From positions 1 through 60,129 of the IMG/VR virus record IMGVR_UViG_3300011113_000688: 60,129 nucleotides of DNA; one strand, 5' to 3'. Numbering within the stretch: the stretch's first letter is position 1; every line of letters begins with the position of its first letter. The notes below the pieces were generated by a model. It saw only the letters and a program-made list of their open reading frames with translations, searched no databases and had not been told where the DNA came from. A program made the translations under genes and the position numbers. The DNA is from a virus (lineage: Duplodnaviria > Caudoviricetes). Below are positions 7,435 through 15,438 of the stretch, in pieces.

Positions 7435-7463
7435 TATAAATACTCCAAAATATAGGAGTATTT
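7435..7463 (+). promoter_or_regulatory. T4-type late promoter TATAAATA overlapping an SD-sequestering hairpin
   Basis: TATAAATA 7435-7442; AAATACTCC / GGAGTATTT stem. Confidence 0.8.
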
Positions 7464-7464
7464 T

Positions 7465-7992
7465 ATGTGGAATTGTAAACACTGTAAAAAAGAGTTTGAT
7501 TTTAAATCTACCAGTGAAAAAGCAAATCACAGTAGATGGTGTGGATATAATCCGGATAAAAAAACTGAAAATGTTTTATCCGCTTTGAAAAAAAGACATG
7601 ATGAACAGTATGGTAAATTAACAAAAATTTCAGTATCTTGTGACTGTTGTGAAAAAGATTTTTTTGTGGAAGAAAGAGAATACCTATTTCCAAGTAAAAA
7701 AAAATATTTTTGTTCTAGAAAATGTGCTAATAGTGTAGGTGGTAAAGCCAAAAGAGACAAATACGGATTAACCGCATATACAAGTATTGCTAAAGAATAC
7801 TACGAAGAAAAATGTATTGTGTGTGGTTTTGATGAAATAGTTGAAGTTCATCACATAGATGAAAACAGAAGTAATAATGATGTAAAAAATTTGGTGTTTT
7901 TGTGTCCGAATCATCATTATTTGTTACATAGAAAAAAGTCAGAAAAAGTTAGTAATAGAATTACAGAGTTTTTAAAAGAAACATGGGGATAG
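7465..7992 (+). CDS. HNH homing endonuclease with Zn-finger motifs, inserted in the tRNA array
   Basis: CKHC, FCSRKC, CIVCG...VHHIDENRSNN...NLVFLCPNHH; AT-rich; stop codon lies in the tRNA-Ala acceptor stem. Confidence 0.85.
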   Translation: MWNCKHCKKEFDFKSTSEKANHSRWCGYNPDKKTENVLSALKKRHDEQYGKLTKISVSCDCCEKDFFVEEREYLFPSKKKYFCSRKCANSVGGKAKRDKYGLTAYTSIAKEYYEEKCIVCGFDEIVEVHHIDENRSNNDVKNLVFLCPNHHYLLHRKKSEKVSNRITEFLKETWG

Positions 7993-8063
7993 GGACTGCT
8001 TGGGGTGGTCACTTCACTTGCAATGAAGAATACAGTTCGGTTCGAATCCGAATATCTCCACCA
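7985..8063 (+). tRNA. tRNA-Ala(TGC)
   Basis: G3:U70, cttca-ctTGCaa-tgaag, CCA. Confidence 0.88.
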
Positions 8064-8074
8064 AAGTATTTAAT

Positions 8075-8159
8075 GCTGGAGTCCCATAGCGGCAATTGGA
8101 CTTGCCTTGTAAGCAAGCGGGTAAAACCTCCGTGAGTTCGAGTCTCACCTCCAGCACCA
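8075..8159 (+). tRNA. tRNA-Thr(TGT) with an unusual long variable arm
   Basis: cttgc-ctTGTaa-gcaag; V-arm ggt-aaa-acc; CCA. Confidence 0.85.
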
Positions 8160-8165
8160 GACTAT

Positions 8166-8241
8166 CGCAGAGTATGGAAGTGGTCATCCGCTCGGTCTCA
8201 TAAGCCGAGAATCGCAGGTTCGAATCCTGCCTCTGCAACCA
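8166..8241 (+). tRNA. tRNA-fMet(CAT)
   Basis: C1:A72 mismatch, CAT anticodon, CCA. Confidence 0.85.
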
Positions 8242-8255
8242 TTTATAGGTGAAAC

Positions 8256-8723
8256 GTGAAAAAAGAAATTGATGTAAACGAAGTTGCCGCATTTCTTGAT
8301 ACATGTGGTCCAGATACAAAAGTGTATGTTGGCGCCGATTCTGAACGATTTCAGATTGGGGGTGAATGGTATGCTGACTACATTTTGGCTGTTGTCGTTC
8401 ATATCGATGGTCGTCATGGTTGTAAGATATTTGGTGCTGTACAGCGTGAACGTGATTTCGAACAAAAGAAAAGTCGACCACGTTTTCGTTTGATGAATGA
8501 AGTTTATAAAGTAGCAGATTTGTATTTGAAATTGTATGAAGTAATACCGCATGATATACAGATTCATTTGGATATCAACCCAAGTGAGATGCATGGTAGT
8601 TCGTGTGTGGTAAATGAAGCGATTGGTTATGTACGTGGTACATGTAATGTGATACCATTGATAAAACCAAAAGCGTTTGCTGCAAGTTATGCGGCAGATC
8701 GTTTCAAAAGTTTAGTAGCGTAG
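8256..8723 (+). CDS. RNase H-like YkuK (DUF458) family protein
   Basis: VYVGADS...RLMNEV...IHLDIN...ASYAAD motifs. Confidence 0.8.
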   Translation: MKKEIDVNEVAAFLDTCGPDTKVYVGADSERFQIGGEWYADYILAVVVHIDGRHGCKIFGAVQRERDFEQKKSRPRFRLMNEVYKVADLYLKLYEVIPHDIQIHLDINPSEMHGSSCVVNEAIGYVRGTCNVIPLIKPKAFAASYAADRFKSLVA

Positions 8724-8797
8724 CGGGTATAATTCAGGGGTAGAATGTTTCCTTGCCAAGGAAAATGTCGTCAGTTCGAATCTGACTACCCGCTCCA
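8723..8797 (+). tRNA. tRNA-Gly(GCC)
   Basis: Cloverleaf, TCCA end. Confidence 0.92.
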
Positions 8798-8805
8798 AGT
8801 TTTAT

Positions 8806-8879
8806 CTCGATGTAGTGTAATGGTAGCACTGCGATCTCCAAAATCGTAAGTTGCGGTTCGAGTCCGTACATCGGGGCCA
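8806..8879 (+). tRNA. tRNA-Trp(CCA)
   Basis: gcgat-ctCCAaa-atcgt, CCA. Confidence 0.88.
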
Positions 8880-8881
8880 AT

Positions 8882-8976
8882 GGTAGACAGCACTGGTGTG
8901 CGGCGGAGACTTATAAACTCTGGAGAGTGGTCAGATGGGCTGCAACGGCTAGGTTCGAATCCTAGGTCTACTACCA
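8882..8976 (+). tRNA. tRNA-Ile(TAT), non-canonical (reduced D-arm, long V-arm)
   Basis: GGTAGAC/GTCTACT acceptor stem, ctTATaa loop, T-arm ctagg-TTCGAAT-cctag, CCA. Confidence 0.75.
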
Positions 8977-8983
8977 GAACAAT

Positions 8984-9058
8984 GGTGTCTATAGTGTAGT
9001 GGTAGCATTACTCTCTGTGAAAGAGTAGGTACGGGGTCGGTACCCGTTAGACACCCCA
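8984..9058 (+). tRNA. tRNA-His(GTG)
   Basis: G-1:C73, actct-ctGTGaa-agagt; atypical T-loop GTCGGTA. Confidence 0.85.
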
Positions 9059-9065
9059 GCAGTAA

Positions 9066-9141
9066 GGTGCTTTAGCAAATGTGGTCATTGCAGCGGTCTG
9101 AAGAACCGATGAAGTTGGTTCGATTCCAACAGGCACCACCA
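9066..9141 (+). tRNA. tRNA-Phe(GAA)
   Basis: Cloverleaf, CCA. Confidence 0.88.
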
Positions 9142-9142
9142 T

Positions 9143-9216
9143 TGTCCTGTAGTTCAATGGTAGAACCTACGACTGATAATCGTATAACACAAGTTCGATT
9201 CTTGTCAGGACAACCA
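9143..9216 (+). tRNA. tRNA-Ile(GAT)
   Basis: Cloverleaf, CCA. Confidence 0.92.
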
Positions 9217-9220
9217 GAAT

Positions 9221-9295
9221 GGTAGTGTAGCATAATGGTAGTGCGCCACCTTCATACGGTGTCAGGTGTAAGTTCGAATCTTACCACTACTACCA
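9221..9295 (+). tRNA. tRNA-Met(CAT), elongator (Ile2 not excluded)
   Basis: Cloverleaf, CAT anticodon, CCA. Confidence 0.85.
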
Positions 9296-9321
9296 ATATA
9301 AGTAAGCGTGTGAGGCGATGT

Positions 9322-9396
9322 GCATCGTTAGTTCAGTGGTAGAATCCCTGCCTTACAAGCAGGTTGTCGGTGGTTCGAATCCATCACGATGCACCA
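9322..9396 (+). tRNA. tRNA-Val(TAC)
   Basis: Cloverleaf, CCA. Confidence 0.93.
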
Positions 9397-9401
9397 ATAA
9401 T

Positions 9402-9479
9402 GCAACGGTGGCAGAGTGGTCCAATGCAAGGGACTGCAAATCCCTAAAGCCGTCAGTTCGAATCTGACCCGTTGCTCCA
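9402..9479 (+). tRNA. tRNA-Cys(GCA)
   Basis: Cloverleaf, U73, CCA. Confidence 0.92.
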
Positions 9480-9484
9480 GTTTT

Positions 9485-9574
<90 letters not shown>

Positions 9575-9577
9575 AAT

Positions 9578-9649
9578 GTCTCGGTCAGTACGGTGGGACG
9601 TACAGATGGACAACACTAGGACAAGGTTCGAATCCAAACTGAGACACCA
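9578..9649 (+). ncRNA. tRNA-like RNA without a canonical anticodon arm
   Basis: GTCTCGG/CTGAGAC-A-CCA acceptor stem, GGTTCGAATCC T-loop, internal GTACG/CGTAC hairpin. Confidence 0.65.
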
Positions 9650-9663
9650 AAATAAAAGAAAAT

Positions 9664-9789
9664 ATGGTAACATTAAAAATTATTCTAACAATTATTTGTT
9701 ACTGGGTGCTTATGGGTGTTAGTGTCGCACTCATCATGGTACTTTTTTATGGTTTAGCGGTAATTTTAGGAGAGTTGGCAGAGTGGTAA
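9664..9789 (+). CDS. Possible small membrane peptide (41 aa) overlapping tRNA-Ser(GCT)
   Basis: MVTLKIILTIICYWVLMGVSVALIMVLFYGLAVILGELAEW; weak SD. Confidence 0.35.
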   Translation: MVTLKIILTIICYWVLMGVSVALIMVLFYGLAVILGELAEW

Positions 9790-9855
9790 TGCACCGGATT
9801 GCTAATCCGCCGTTTCGAAAGAGGCGCACAGGTTCGAATCCTGTACTCTCCGCCA
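9769..9855 (+). tRNA. tRNA-Ser(GCT)
   Basis: Class II cloverleaf, G73, CCA. Confidence 0.92.
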
Positions 9856-9856
9856 C

Positions 9857-9885
9857 TTGACAAACAATTTTTTCTGATTTATACT
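9857..9885 (+). promoter_or_regulatory. sigma70-type promoter TTGACA-N17-TATACT (probably a leaderless transcript)
   Basis: ATG9893 lies 7 nt after the -10 box. Confidence 0.8.
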
Positions 9886-9892
9886 ACATTCT

Positions 9893-10051
9893 ATGAATAA
9901 AAAATCACAAAAATTGCGAAAACCACGTAATTTTGTTGCTAAAGACTTGTTCACGCCGAAGTTTCGCATGAAAGTTGAGCATTCGGCGACAAAAATACAT
10001 AACCGAGCAGTTGAAAAACAAAACTTTAGGAAAAATTATGCCTTCCTCTGA
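9893..10051 (+). CDS. Small basic ArfA-like peptide (52 aa), missing from the ORF track
   Basis: RNFVAKDLFTPKFRMKVE resembles the ArfA core NAIEALLHDPLFRQRVE. Confidence 0.5.
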   Translation: MNKKSQKLRKPRNFVAKDLFTPKFRMKVEHSATKIHNRAVEKQNFRKNYAFL

Positions 10052-10472
10052 TGAAAAGTTGCAAAAAGTTGAGCCGGAAGCAATTTCTGGCGATGAAATG
10101 AGTAGATTCGACGGCTTTTATTTTGTTCCCGACTATGATGACTTTGAAGGAAACTACAAATTAGCGTTTTTCAACTTTAAAGAAGAGTGGACACTTGCAG
10201 AACCCATTGAAAAATCACAATTAGGCTACAAATATCACATGGCATTCTTCAAAGAAGATGAAAATGGCATGCCACAGTTTGATGATGCGTTTGAAGCGAT
10301 ACTAGGCGACCCAATTGTGTACATAAAAAATCTTGTTGGCTCTGGTTTGTCAGGTTGTATCGTCAAAAAAACAGAAACATCTGAAAGTTGGTGGGTTGAG
10401 TATCTTGATTTTGTTACAGGCAACGAGTTTAAGCAAAAAGTGAACGATGCACTTAAATCTTTAGCGGAGTAA
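10038..10472 (+). CDS. Acidic hypothetical protein
   Basis: ORF track; likely start ATG10038 with AGGA SD. Confidence 0.65.
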   Translation: MPSSDEKLQKVEPEAISGDEMSRFDGFYFVPDYDDFEGNYKLAFFNFKEEWTLAEPIEKSQLGYKYHMAFFKEDENGMPQFDDAFEAILGDPIVYIKNLVGSGLSGCIVKKTETSESWWVEYLDFVTGNEFKQKVNDALKSLAE

Positions 10473-10475
10473 ATT

Positions 10476-10772
10476 ATGAATACTAAAAATGTTTTTTCTG
10501 GTGACAGTGAAGATGCTGAAATTGGTCGTAAATGGCTGATTGAATTGCTTGAGAATCAATCCGTTGAAATTATTTTCACGAAAAAAGACGGAACTGAGCG
10601 TACAATGAAATGCACACTGATGGAAAAATATCTACCAGAGACAGTTGGCTCAGGAAAAGCAAAAAATGACGAAGTTCTTGCCGTTTATGATTTAGAAAAA
10701 GAAGGTTGGCGTAGTTTTCGTTGGGATTCAATCAAAGAAGTACATTTTTCGTTGGAGAGTGAGAATGCCTAA
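10476..10772 (+). CDS. WYL_2/DUF2693-like SH3-fold protein
   Basis: FTKKDGTERTMKCTL...VYDLEKEGWRSFR. Confidence 0.75.
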   Translation: MNTKNVFSGDSEDAEIGRKWLIELLENQSVEIIFTKKDGTERTMKCTLMEKYLPETVGSGKAKNDEVLAVYDLEKEGWRSFRWDSIKEVHFSLESENA

Positions 10773-11055
10773 GTATATCGTTGAGCAATTGTCTATTTTT
10801 CGTAATGTTTATGTGATCGAAGCGGAATCTGAAGAAGAAGCTGTGAAGATTTCTGAATATGCTGATGATAATTGGCAAGAATGGCTTGGTTGCGTTAAAG
10901 TTGACATAAATGAATATAGTGATGAACGCATTGCTTACTTCAAAAACAAGCAATATTACTGGAATGGTGTAACATATAAAGATAAAGATGGATATCTTGC
11001 ATATCATCACCCATCTGGTGAAGATGTTGAACGAAAAGAGATTCTCATCAAATAG
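10759..11055 (+). CDS. Hypothetical protein
   Basis: ORF track. Confidence 0.65.
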   Translation: MRMPKYIVEQLSIFRNVYVIEAESEEEAVKISEYADDNWQEWLGCVKVDINEYSDERIAYFKNKQYYWNGVTYKDKDGYLAYHHPSGEDVERKEILIK

Positions 11056-11060
11056 TTTTA

Positions 11061-11134
11061 GCGGGATTAGTTTAATGGCAAAACTTGAGATTTCCAATCT
11101 TACGTTGTCAGTTCGATTCTGACATCCCGCTCCA
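11061..11134 (+). tRNA. tRNA-Gly(TCC)
   Basis: Cloverleaf, TCCA end. Confidence 0.9.
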
Positions 11135-11146
11135 AATATTTACATT

Positions 11147-11338
11147 ATGAATAAATCTTGGACCTTAGAAGTAAAACAACACGAAGATGGTGAATACTTT
11201 ATTGAATTTCCTGATGAAGTTCTAGCCGAAGTTGGTTGGGCAGAAGGAGATACACTGAAGTGGATTGATAACGGTAATGGTTCATGGACGTTGAAAAAAT
11301 TAGATAAGAATCAAGAAAATACTGAGTTTTTAGAGTAG
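11147..11338 (+). CDS. AbrB/MazE-like DNA-binding protein
   Basis: IEFPDEVLAEVGWAEGDTL pattern. Confidence 0.65.
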   Translation: MNKSWTLEVKQHEDGEYFIEFPDEVLAEVGWAEGDTLKWIDNGNGSWTLKKLDKNQENTEFLE

Positions 11339-11382
11339 TGCTTTTGTTTAAATAAATCGTAGTCATTTTATAGGGAGTTTAT

Positions 11383-11811
11383 ATGAGTTTGAAAGGTACA
11401 AAAACCGCAGAGTGCTTAAAAGAGGCTTTTGCTGGTGAGTCAATGGCAAACCGCCGTTATCTATATTTCGCTAACCAGTGTGACATTGCTGGTGAAAATG
11501 ATCTAGCAGCACTGTTCCGTTCTACTGCTGAAGGTGAAACAGGACACGCCCACGGTCACATGGAATATTTGATTGAAGGTGGCGCAGGTGAACCTGGCAC
11601 AAACATGCCAGCAAAGACTGCACGACAAATGTTAGAGGCCGCTATCGCTGGTGAAACACACGAATACTCTGACATGTATCCAGGTATGGCAAAGACCGCA
11701 CGTGAAGAGGGTTTTGATGAAGTAGCAGATTGGTTTGAAACACTTGCGAAAGCAGAACGTTCACATGCCAATCGTTATGCAAAAGCATTAGAAAAACATC
11801 TTTCAGAATAA
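11383..11811 (+). CDS. rbr: Rubrerythrin (ferritin-like di-iron protein)
   Basis: AFAGES.ANRRY, EGETGHA, GETHEY..MYP, AERSHA. Confidence 0.92.
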   Translation: MSLKGTKTAECLKEAFAGESMANRRYLYFANQCDIAGENDLAALFRSTAEGETGHAHGHMEYLIEGGAGEPGTNMPAKTARQMLEAAIAGETHEYSDMYPGMAKTAREEGFDEVADWFETLAKAERSHANRYAKALEKHLSE

Positions 11812-11825
11812 TAAGGAGAAGTAAC

Positions 11826-11900
11826 ATGGCATGGACTACACCTATAGCGAATGATATGCGTTTTGGTTTCGAAATCACAATGTACATCGCAAACCGCTAA
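11826..11900 (+). CDS. pqqA: PQQ precursor peptide PqqA (MAWTTPIANDMRFGFEITMYIANR)
   Basis: W-x-x-P...RFGFE-x-x-x-Y hallmark; AAGGAG SD; too short for the ORF track. Confidence 0.92.
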   Translation: MAWTTPIANDMRFGFEITMYIANR

Positions 11901-11906
11901 TCAGTA

Positions 11907-11931
11907 AAAAGGCGGCTACCAAGCCGCCTTT
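11907..11931. terminator. Hairpin between convergent genes (probable bidirectional terminator)
   Basis: AAAGGCGGCT / AGCCGCCTTT. Confidence 0.65.
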
Positions 11932-12110
11932 CCTCTTTTGTTCATCAGCGCCAATCTAAAAGAAGAATCATCTCTTTTGTTTTTCAAAGCGGCGTTTATC
12001 TGTGTAGCCAACTTGCCGTCACGTGTAACAAGAATTAGATTATTACCTACGTTTGTGAAAACGTAGTAAAAAAGTTCATTATCAATGAACTCAATTTTCA
12101 GCATTGACTT
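11916..12110 (-). CDS. Hypothetical protein
   Basis: ORF track; start uncertain. Confidence 0.45.
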   Translation of the reverse strand, partial: KSMLKIEFIDNELFYYVFTNVGNNLILVTRDGKLATQINAALKNKRDDSSFRLALMNKRGKAAW

Positions 12111-12885
12111 CATCTTTATGAATCTCACAATCAACCCATTTTAAGTTGCTGTAGTGTTCATATGGCCATGTGCCTTTTGGTATGAGGCAATCACCAAGAT
12201 GCGGTTTTTCCATGATTCGCACTTGTAACACTGCCCACACTAAAGCACACAGATACAAAATAAAAAATATTGTGATACCGTACTTCCAAGCTTCACATCT
12301 TATTTTTTTAAGTCTTTTTGCTTTTTTATTGGCAGCAATTCTGTCGGCTTCTCTTTTTTTTGCCCATGCGACTGACTGCTGCTTCTTCATCTTTTCCATC
12401 ATGGCGTATACACGTGTATACAGGTCACCTAATTCTGGAGGACAATTGTAAACCATGAGTTCACGAAGTTCTGCTTCCATTGCAGCTAATCTGCTTTCCA
12501 TGAGGACACGCTGCAATGCTCTTTTACCTAGACTTGCTTCTCCTGTATAAACTTCATCGTCGTGTTTTGCTTCTTCCTCAAAGATAGCGGAACACTTTGC
12601 ATAATTTTCAAAGTAAACGCCCAACTCTTCCCCTATCTGAGAATAGACATCGTTGGGTTGTTTCTTACTTAACTCAAGTATGCGATTTTTTTCTTCTATG
12701 TACTGATTTTTTTCAGCAATAGTAGGAGGCTTGTCTTTATGACGAGAATTGAATTGCTCTTCTAAATCGGATAAAACACCTTTTACATCACCAGCGGCAC
12801 TAGCAATTTCTTTGTATAACTCACAACCTTTTTTTACCGCTTGAACTGCACCATTTGCCAAGGCAAAAAGTGTAAACGGATCCAT
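12091..12885 (-). CDS. Coiled-coil membrane protein, probably late
   Basis: C-terminal TM segment; CATAAATA late-like motif on the minus strand at 12958-12965. Confidence 0.7.
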   Translation of the reverse strand: MDPFTLFALANGAVQAVKKGCELYKEIASAAGDVKGVLSDLEEQFNSRHKDKPPTIAEKNQYIEEKNRILELSKKQPNDVYSQIGEELGVYFENYAKCSAIFEEEAKHDDEVYTGEASLGKRALQRVLMESRLAAMEAELRELMVYNCPPELGDLYTRVYAMMEKMKKQQSVAWAKKREADRIAANKKAKRLKKIRCEAWKYGITIFFILYLCALVWAVLQVRIMEKPHLGDCLIPKGTWPYEHYSNLKWVDCEIHKDEVNAEN

Positions 12886-12942
12886 TTGTCTCTTTTGTAT
12901 CCTTTCCTGGAAGAAACATTATCCGATTCAAAAAAGACAATC

Positions 12943-12972
12943 TTGACAGTCACGGTCTATTTATGCTATACT
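12943..12972 (+). promoter_or_regulatory. sigma70-type promoter TTGACA-N18-TATACT overlapping a divergent late promoter
   Basis: TGn extended -10; TATTTATG in the spacer. Confidence 0.7.
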
Positions 12973-13006
12973 GTAGTTTGATGAATAAATACGGTCTGAG
13001 GACGTT

Positions 13007-14074
13007 ATGAGTAGATCAATTGACATTAAAGCAATATTATCAAATAACAAAGAACCCAAGTTTTCGGGTGAATTGTCACAAACGCAACTAACCCAAGCAC
13101 TGAGTTGGTATGCTCAAAATCGTGATAGCAAAGATGCAATAAAGTTTGCTACCGAATACTTCAAAAAGAAACTCAAAATCCAAGCGCCTGACGGCTTAAA
13201 ATCGCAGCCTAGTACATTCGGCTTCGTTTGTCGTATTGTGAGCCTAGGAGGCGTCCTGAACGAGTCCAACAATACTTGGTTCAATGACATTATCAAGAAG
13301 TTGCAAGAAGAAACTCCTGTTGTCAAACAAGCAACTGCTACCGTTGTTTCAATTCAGGATCACATTAAGCGGAAAGCGGGTGAGTGTATCGGAGAACTGG
13401 AAGGTCAGATTGATGAATTGATAACATCCGAGTTCAAATCGAATGTTTCACCTTATGCAACAATGACGGGTCTGGAAGCCAAAGGCGCTCATACAAAGTT
13501 CATAATTGAACACTTTAAAACACGCCGTGCAGAGTATGATAATGTTTTGACAACAACCGATGCTGATGTCAAAGAAGCATATTCCAACTTTACAAAAACA
13601 CAACTTAAAAAACTGATAGCATACTGTGATCAGGTAATTGTTGACGGTATGAAACTGGCTGGTGAAGCGGTGAAAACACGCAAGCCAAGAAAACGTAAAA
13701 CAAAATCAGCAGATCAATTGATTGCCAAATTAAACTATGCAAAAGACTTTGCCGAATTGAAACTTGTATCAATTGATCCCAAGACAATCATTGGTGCATC
13801 ATCATTATGGGTGTATAATACCAAAACTAAAAAACTTGGTGTTTATCAAGCCGCTGATGCTGCTGGTCTAAACATCAAAGGTTCTACGATACAAAACTTT
13901 GCCGAGAGTAAGTCAATATGCAAAACTCTCCGAAAACCTGGTGTAACGATACCTGAAGTTTTGAAAGCAGGTAAAGTTGCATTGCGTAATGTGCTAAATG
14001 ACATTCGTGCCGCTGAAAAAGTATTGACTGGACGAATCAACACTGATACAATATTACTGAGAACTGTAAAATGA
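13007..14074 (+). CDS. Conserved T4-like hypothetical protein
   Basis: LWVYNTK...KTLRKP...GRINTDTILL C-terminal motif; typical neighbour of rnh. Confidence 0.8.
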   Translation: MSRSIDIKAILSNNKEPKFSGELSQTQLTQALSWYAQNRDSKDAIKFATEYFKKKLKIQAPDGLKSQPSTFGFVCRIVSLGGVLNESNNTWFNDIIKKLQEETPVVKQATATVVSIQDHIKRKAGECIGELEGQIDELITSEFKSNVSPYATMTGLEAKGAHTKFIIEHFKTRRAEYDNVLTTTDADVKEAYSNFTKTQLKKLIAYCDQVIVDGMKLAGEAVKTRKPRKRKTKSADQLIAKLNYAKDFAELKLVSIDPKTIIGASSLWVYNTKTKKLGVYQAADAAGLNIKGSTIQNFAESKSICKTLRKPGVTIPEVLKAGKVALRNVLNDIRAAEKVLTGRINTDTILLRTVK

Positions 14075-14168
14075 CGATTCGTGGTTATTATTACCGCAAA
14101 TTTAAATTCCATTTACGGGTTGCATTTTTATTCCTATTCAAAGGTGCAATTCTAGGACAACATGTAAA

Positions 14169-15017
14169 ATGATAATCTTTGACTACAATCAGGTAGCCAT
14201 CTCTTCATTGATGGAACAAATCGGCTCATCTAAAAAGCCGGTTGAAGAGGCATTGGTGCGACATATGATATTGAATGTGATTCGCACCTACGTGAAAAAA
14301 TTCAAGTCTACACATGGACCTGAAGTTGTGATTGCTTGTGACAATCGCAATTATTGGCGCCGTGAGTTTTTTCCACAATACAAAGCAGGTCGTAAGAAAA
14401 CACGTGATGCATCCGGTCATGATTGGAACTCTATCTTTGAATGCTTACATAAAATCAAAGAAGAACTGAAAGAACATTCACCATACAAAGTCGTTGATGT
14501 TGATACCGCTGAGGCTGATGATATTATCGCCACATTGACGATACGTCAATCAGCACACCAGAAAGTAATGATCCTATCTTCAGATAAAGACTTTGCACAA
14601 TTGCAAAAGTTTGACAATGTTGAACAGTATTCACCTATACTCAAGAAGTTCATCAAAGAGCCTCTACCGGCAGTGCAACTAAAGCAGATGATCATTCGTG
14701 GTGATAAGGGTGATGGCATACCTAACATTCTTTCTGCTGATGATAGCATCGTGAATGGTGTGCGCCAAAGACCGATTACAGAAGCCAAGATAATCAACTG
14801 GCTGAATCAAGCACCTGAAGAATTTTGTGAAGGTGAAATGCTGCGTAATTACAAGCGCAATGAAATGATGATCGATTTGACCAAGGTGCCAGAACCACTT
14901 CAGAAAAGTATTATAGATACATATGAAAGTGCTGCTGGTCATACCAAACAGCATTTTATGAATTATATGATTGCAAACAAACTTAAAAATCTAATTGAGG
15001 TAATTGATGAGTTCTGA
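14169..15017 (+). CDS. rnh: T4-like RNase H (5'-3' exonuclease/flap endonuclease)
   Basis: YWRR..FPQYKAGR, EADDIIA, SSDKDFAQL, GDKGDGIPNILS. Confidence 0.93.
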   Translation: MIIFDYNQVAISSLMEQIGSSKKPVEEALVRHMILNVIRTYVKKFKSTHGPEVVIACDNRNYWRREFFPQYKAGRKKTRDASGHDWNSIFECLHKIKEELKEHSPYKVVDVDTAEADDIIATLTIRQSAHQKVMILSSDKDFAQLQKFDNVEQYSPILKKFIKEPLPAVQLKQMIIRGDKGDGIPNILSADDSIVNGVRQRPITEAKIINWLNQAPEEFCEGEMLRNYKRNEMMIDLTKVPEPLQKSIIDTYESAAGHTKQHFMNYMIANKLKNLIEVIDEF

Positions 15018-15438
15018 AAAACTATACTCTGAAATATTTGAAGAGTTCGAAAAACTAACAACCAAACAAGAACGAATACAACTCCTGCGCCGTGAAGGTG
15101 ATGAGCGTTTTCGTTTCTTTCTTCAATTAGTATTCAATCCCACCATAGAGTTTGATATTGTGCTGCCAGATCGGTACAGACCGGCAAAAGAACCTGCTGG
15201 TTTGAACTATGCGTATCTTGACACACAGATGCCGAAAATGTATCGGTTCATCAAAAATCACCCTATGCGTCCACCGGGTTTTACCGCAGAAAAAACTACG
15301 CAACAAATTCTAGTTATGGTAGAATCATTACATAAAGATGAGGCTGCTATCATTCTTGATGTTCTACAAAAAAGATTCAAAGTAAAACAACTTACTGCCA
15401 ATTTAGTTAGAGAAGCATTTCCTGATTTAGCAATATGA
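15004..15438 (+). CDS. Conserved T4-like hypothetical protein downstream of rnh
   Basis: ESLHKDEA...LVREAFPDL motif. Confidence 0.75.
   Translation: MMSSEKLYSEIFEEFEKLTTKQERIQLLRREGDERFRFFLQLVFNPTIEFDIVLPDRYRPAKEPAGLNYAYLDTQMPKMYRFIKNHPMRPPGFTAEKTTQQILVMVESLHKDEAAIILDVLQKRFKVKQLTANLVREAFPDLAI

Noticed and set aside
6663-7455. ORF-track ORFs 6663-6866, 6732-6953 and 7255-7455
   Set aside because: They overlap tRNAs and the hairpin elements; the shared ILKHI/HIEAH peptides only reflect the DNA repeat.
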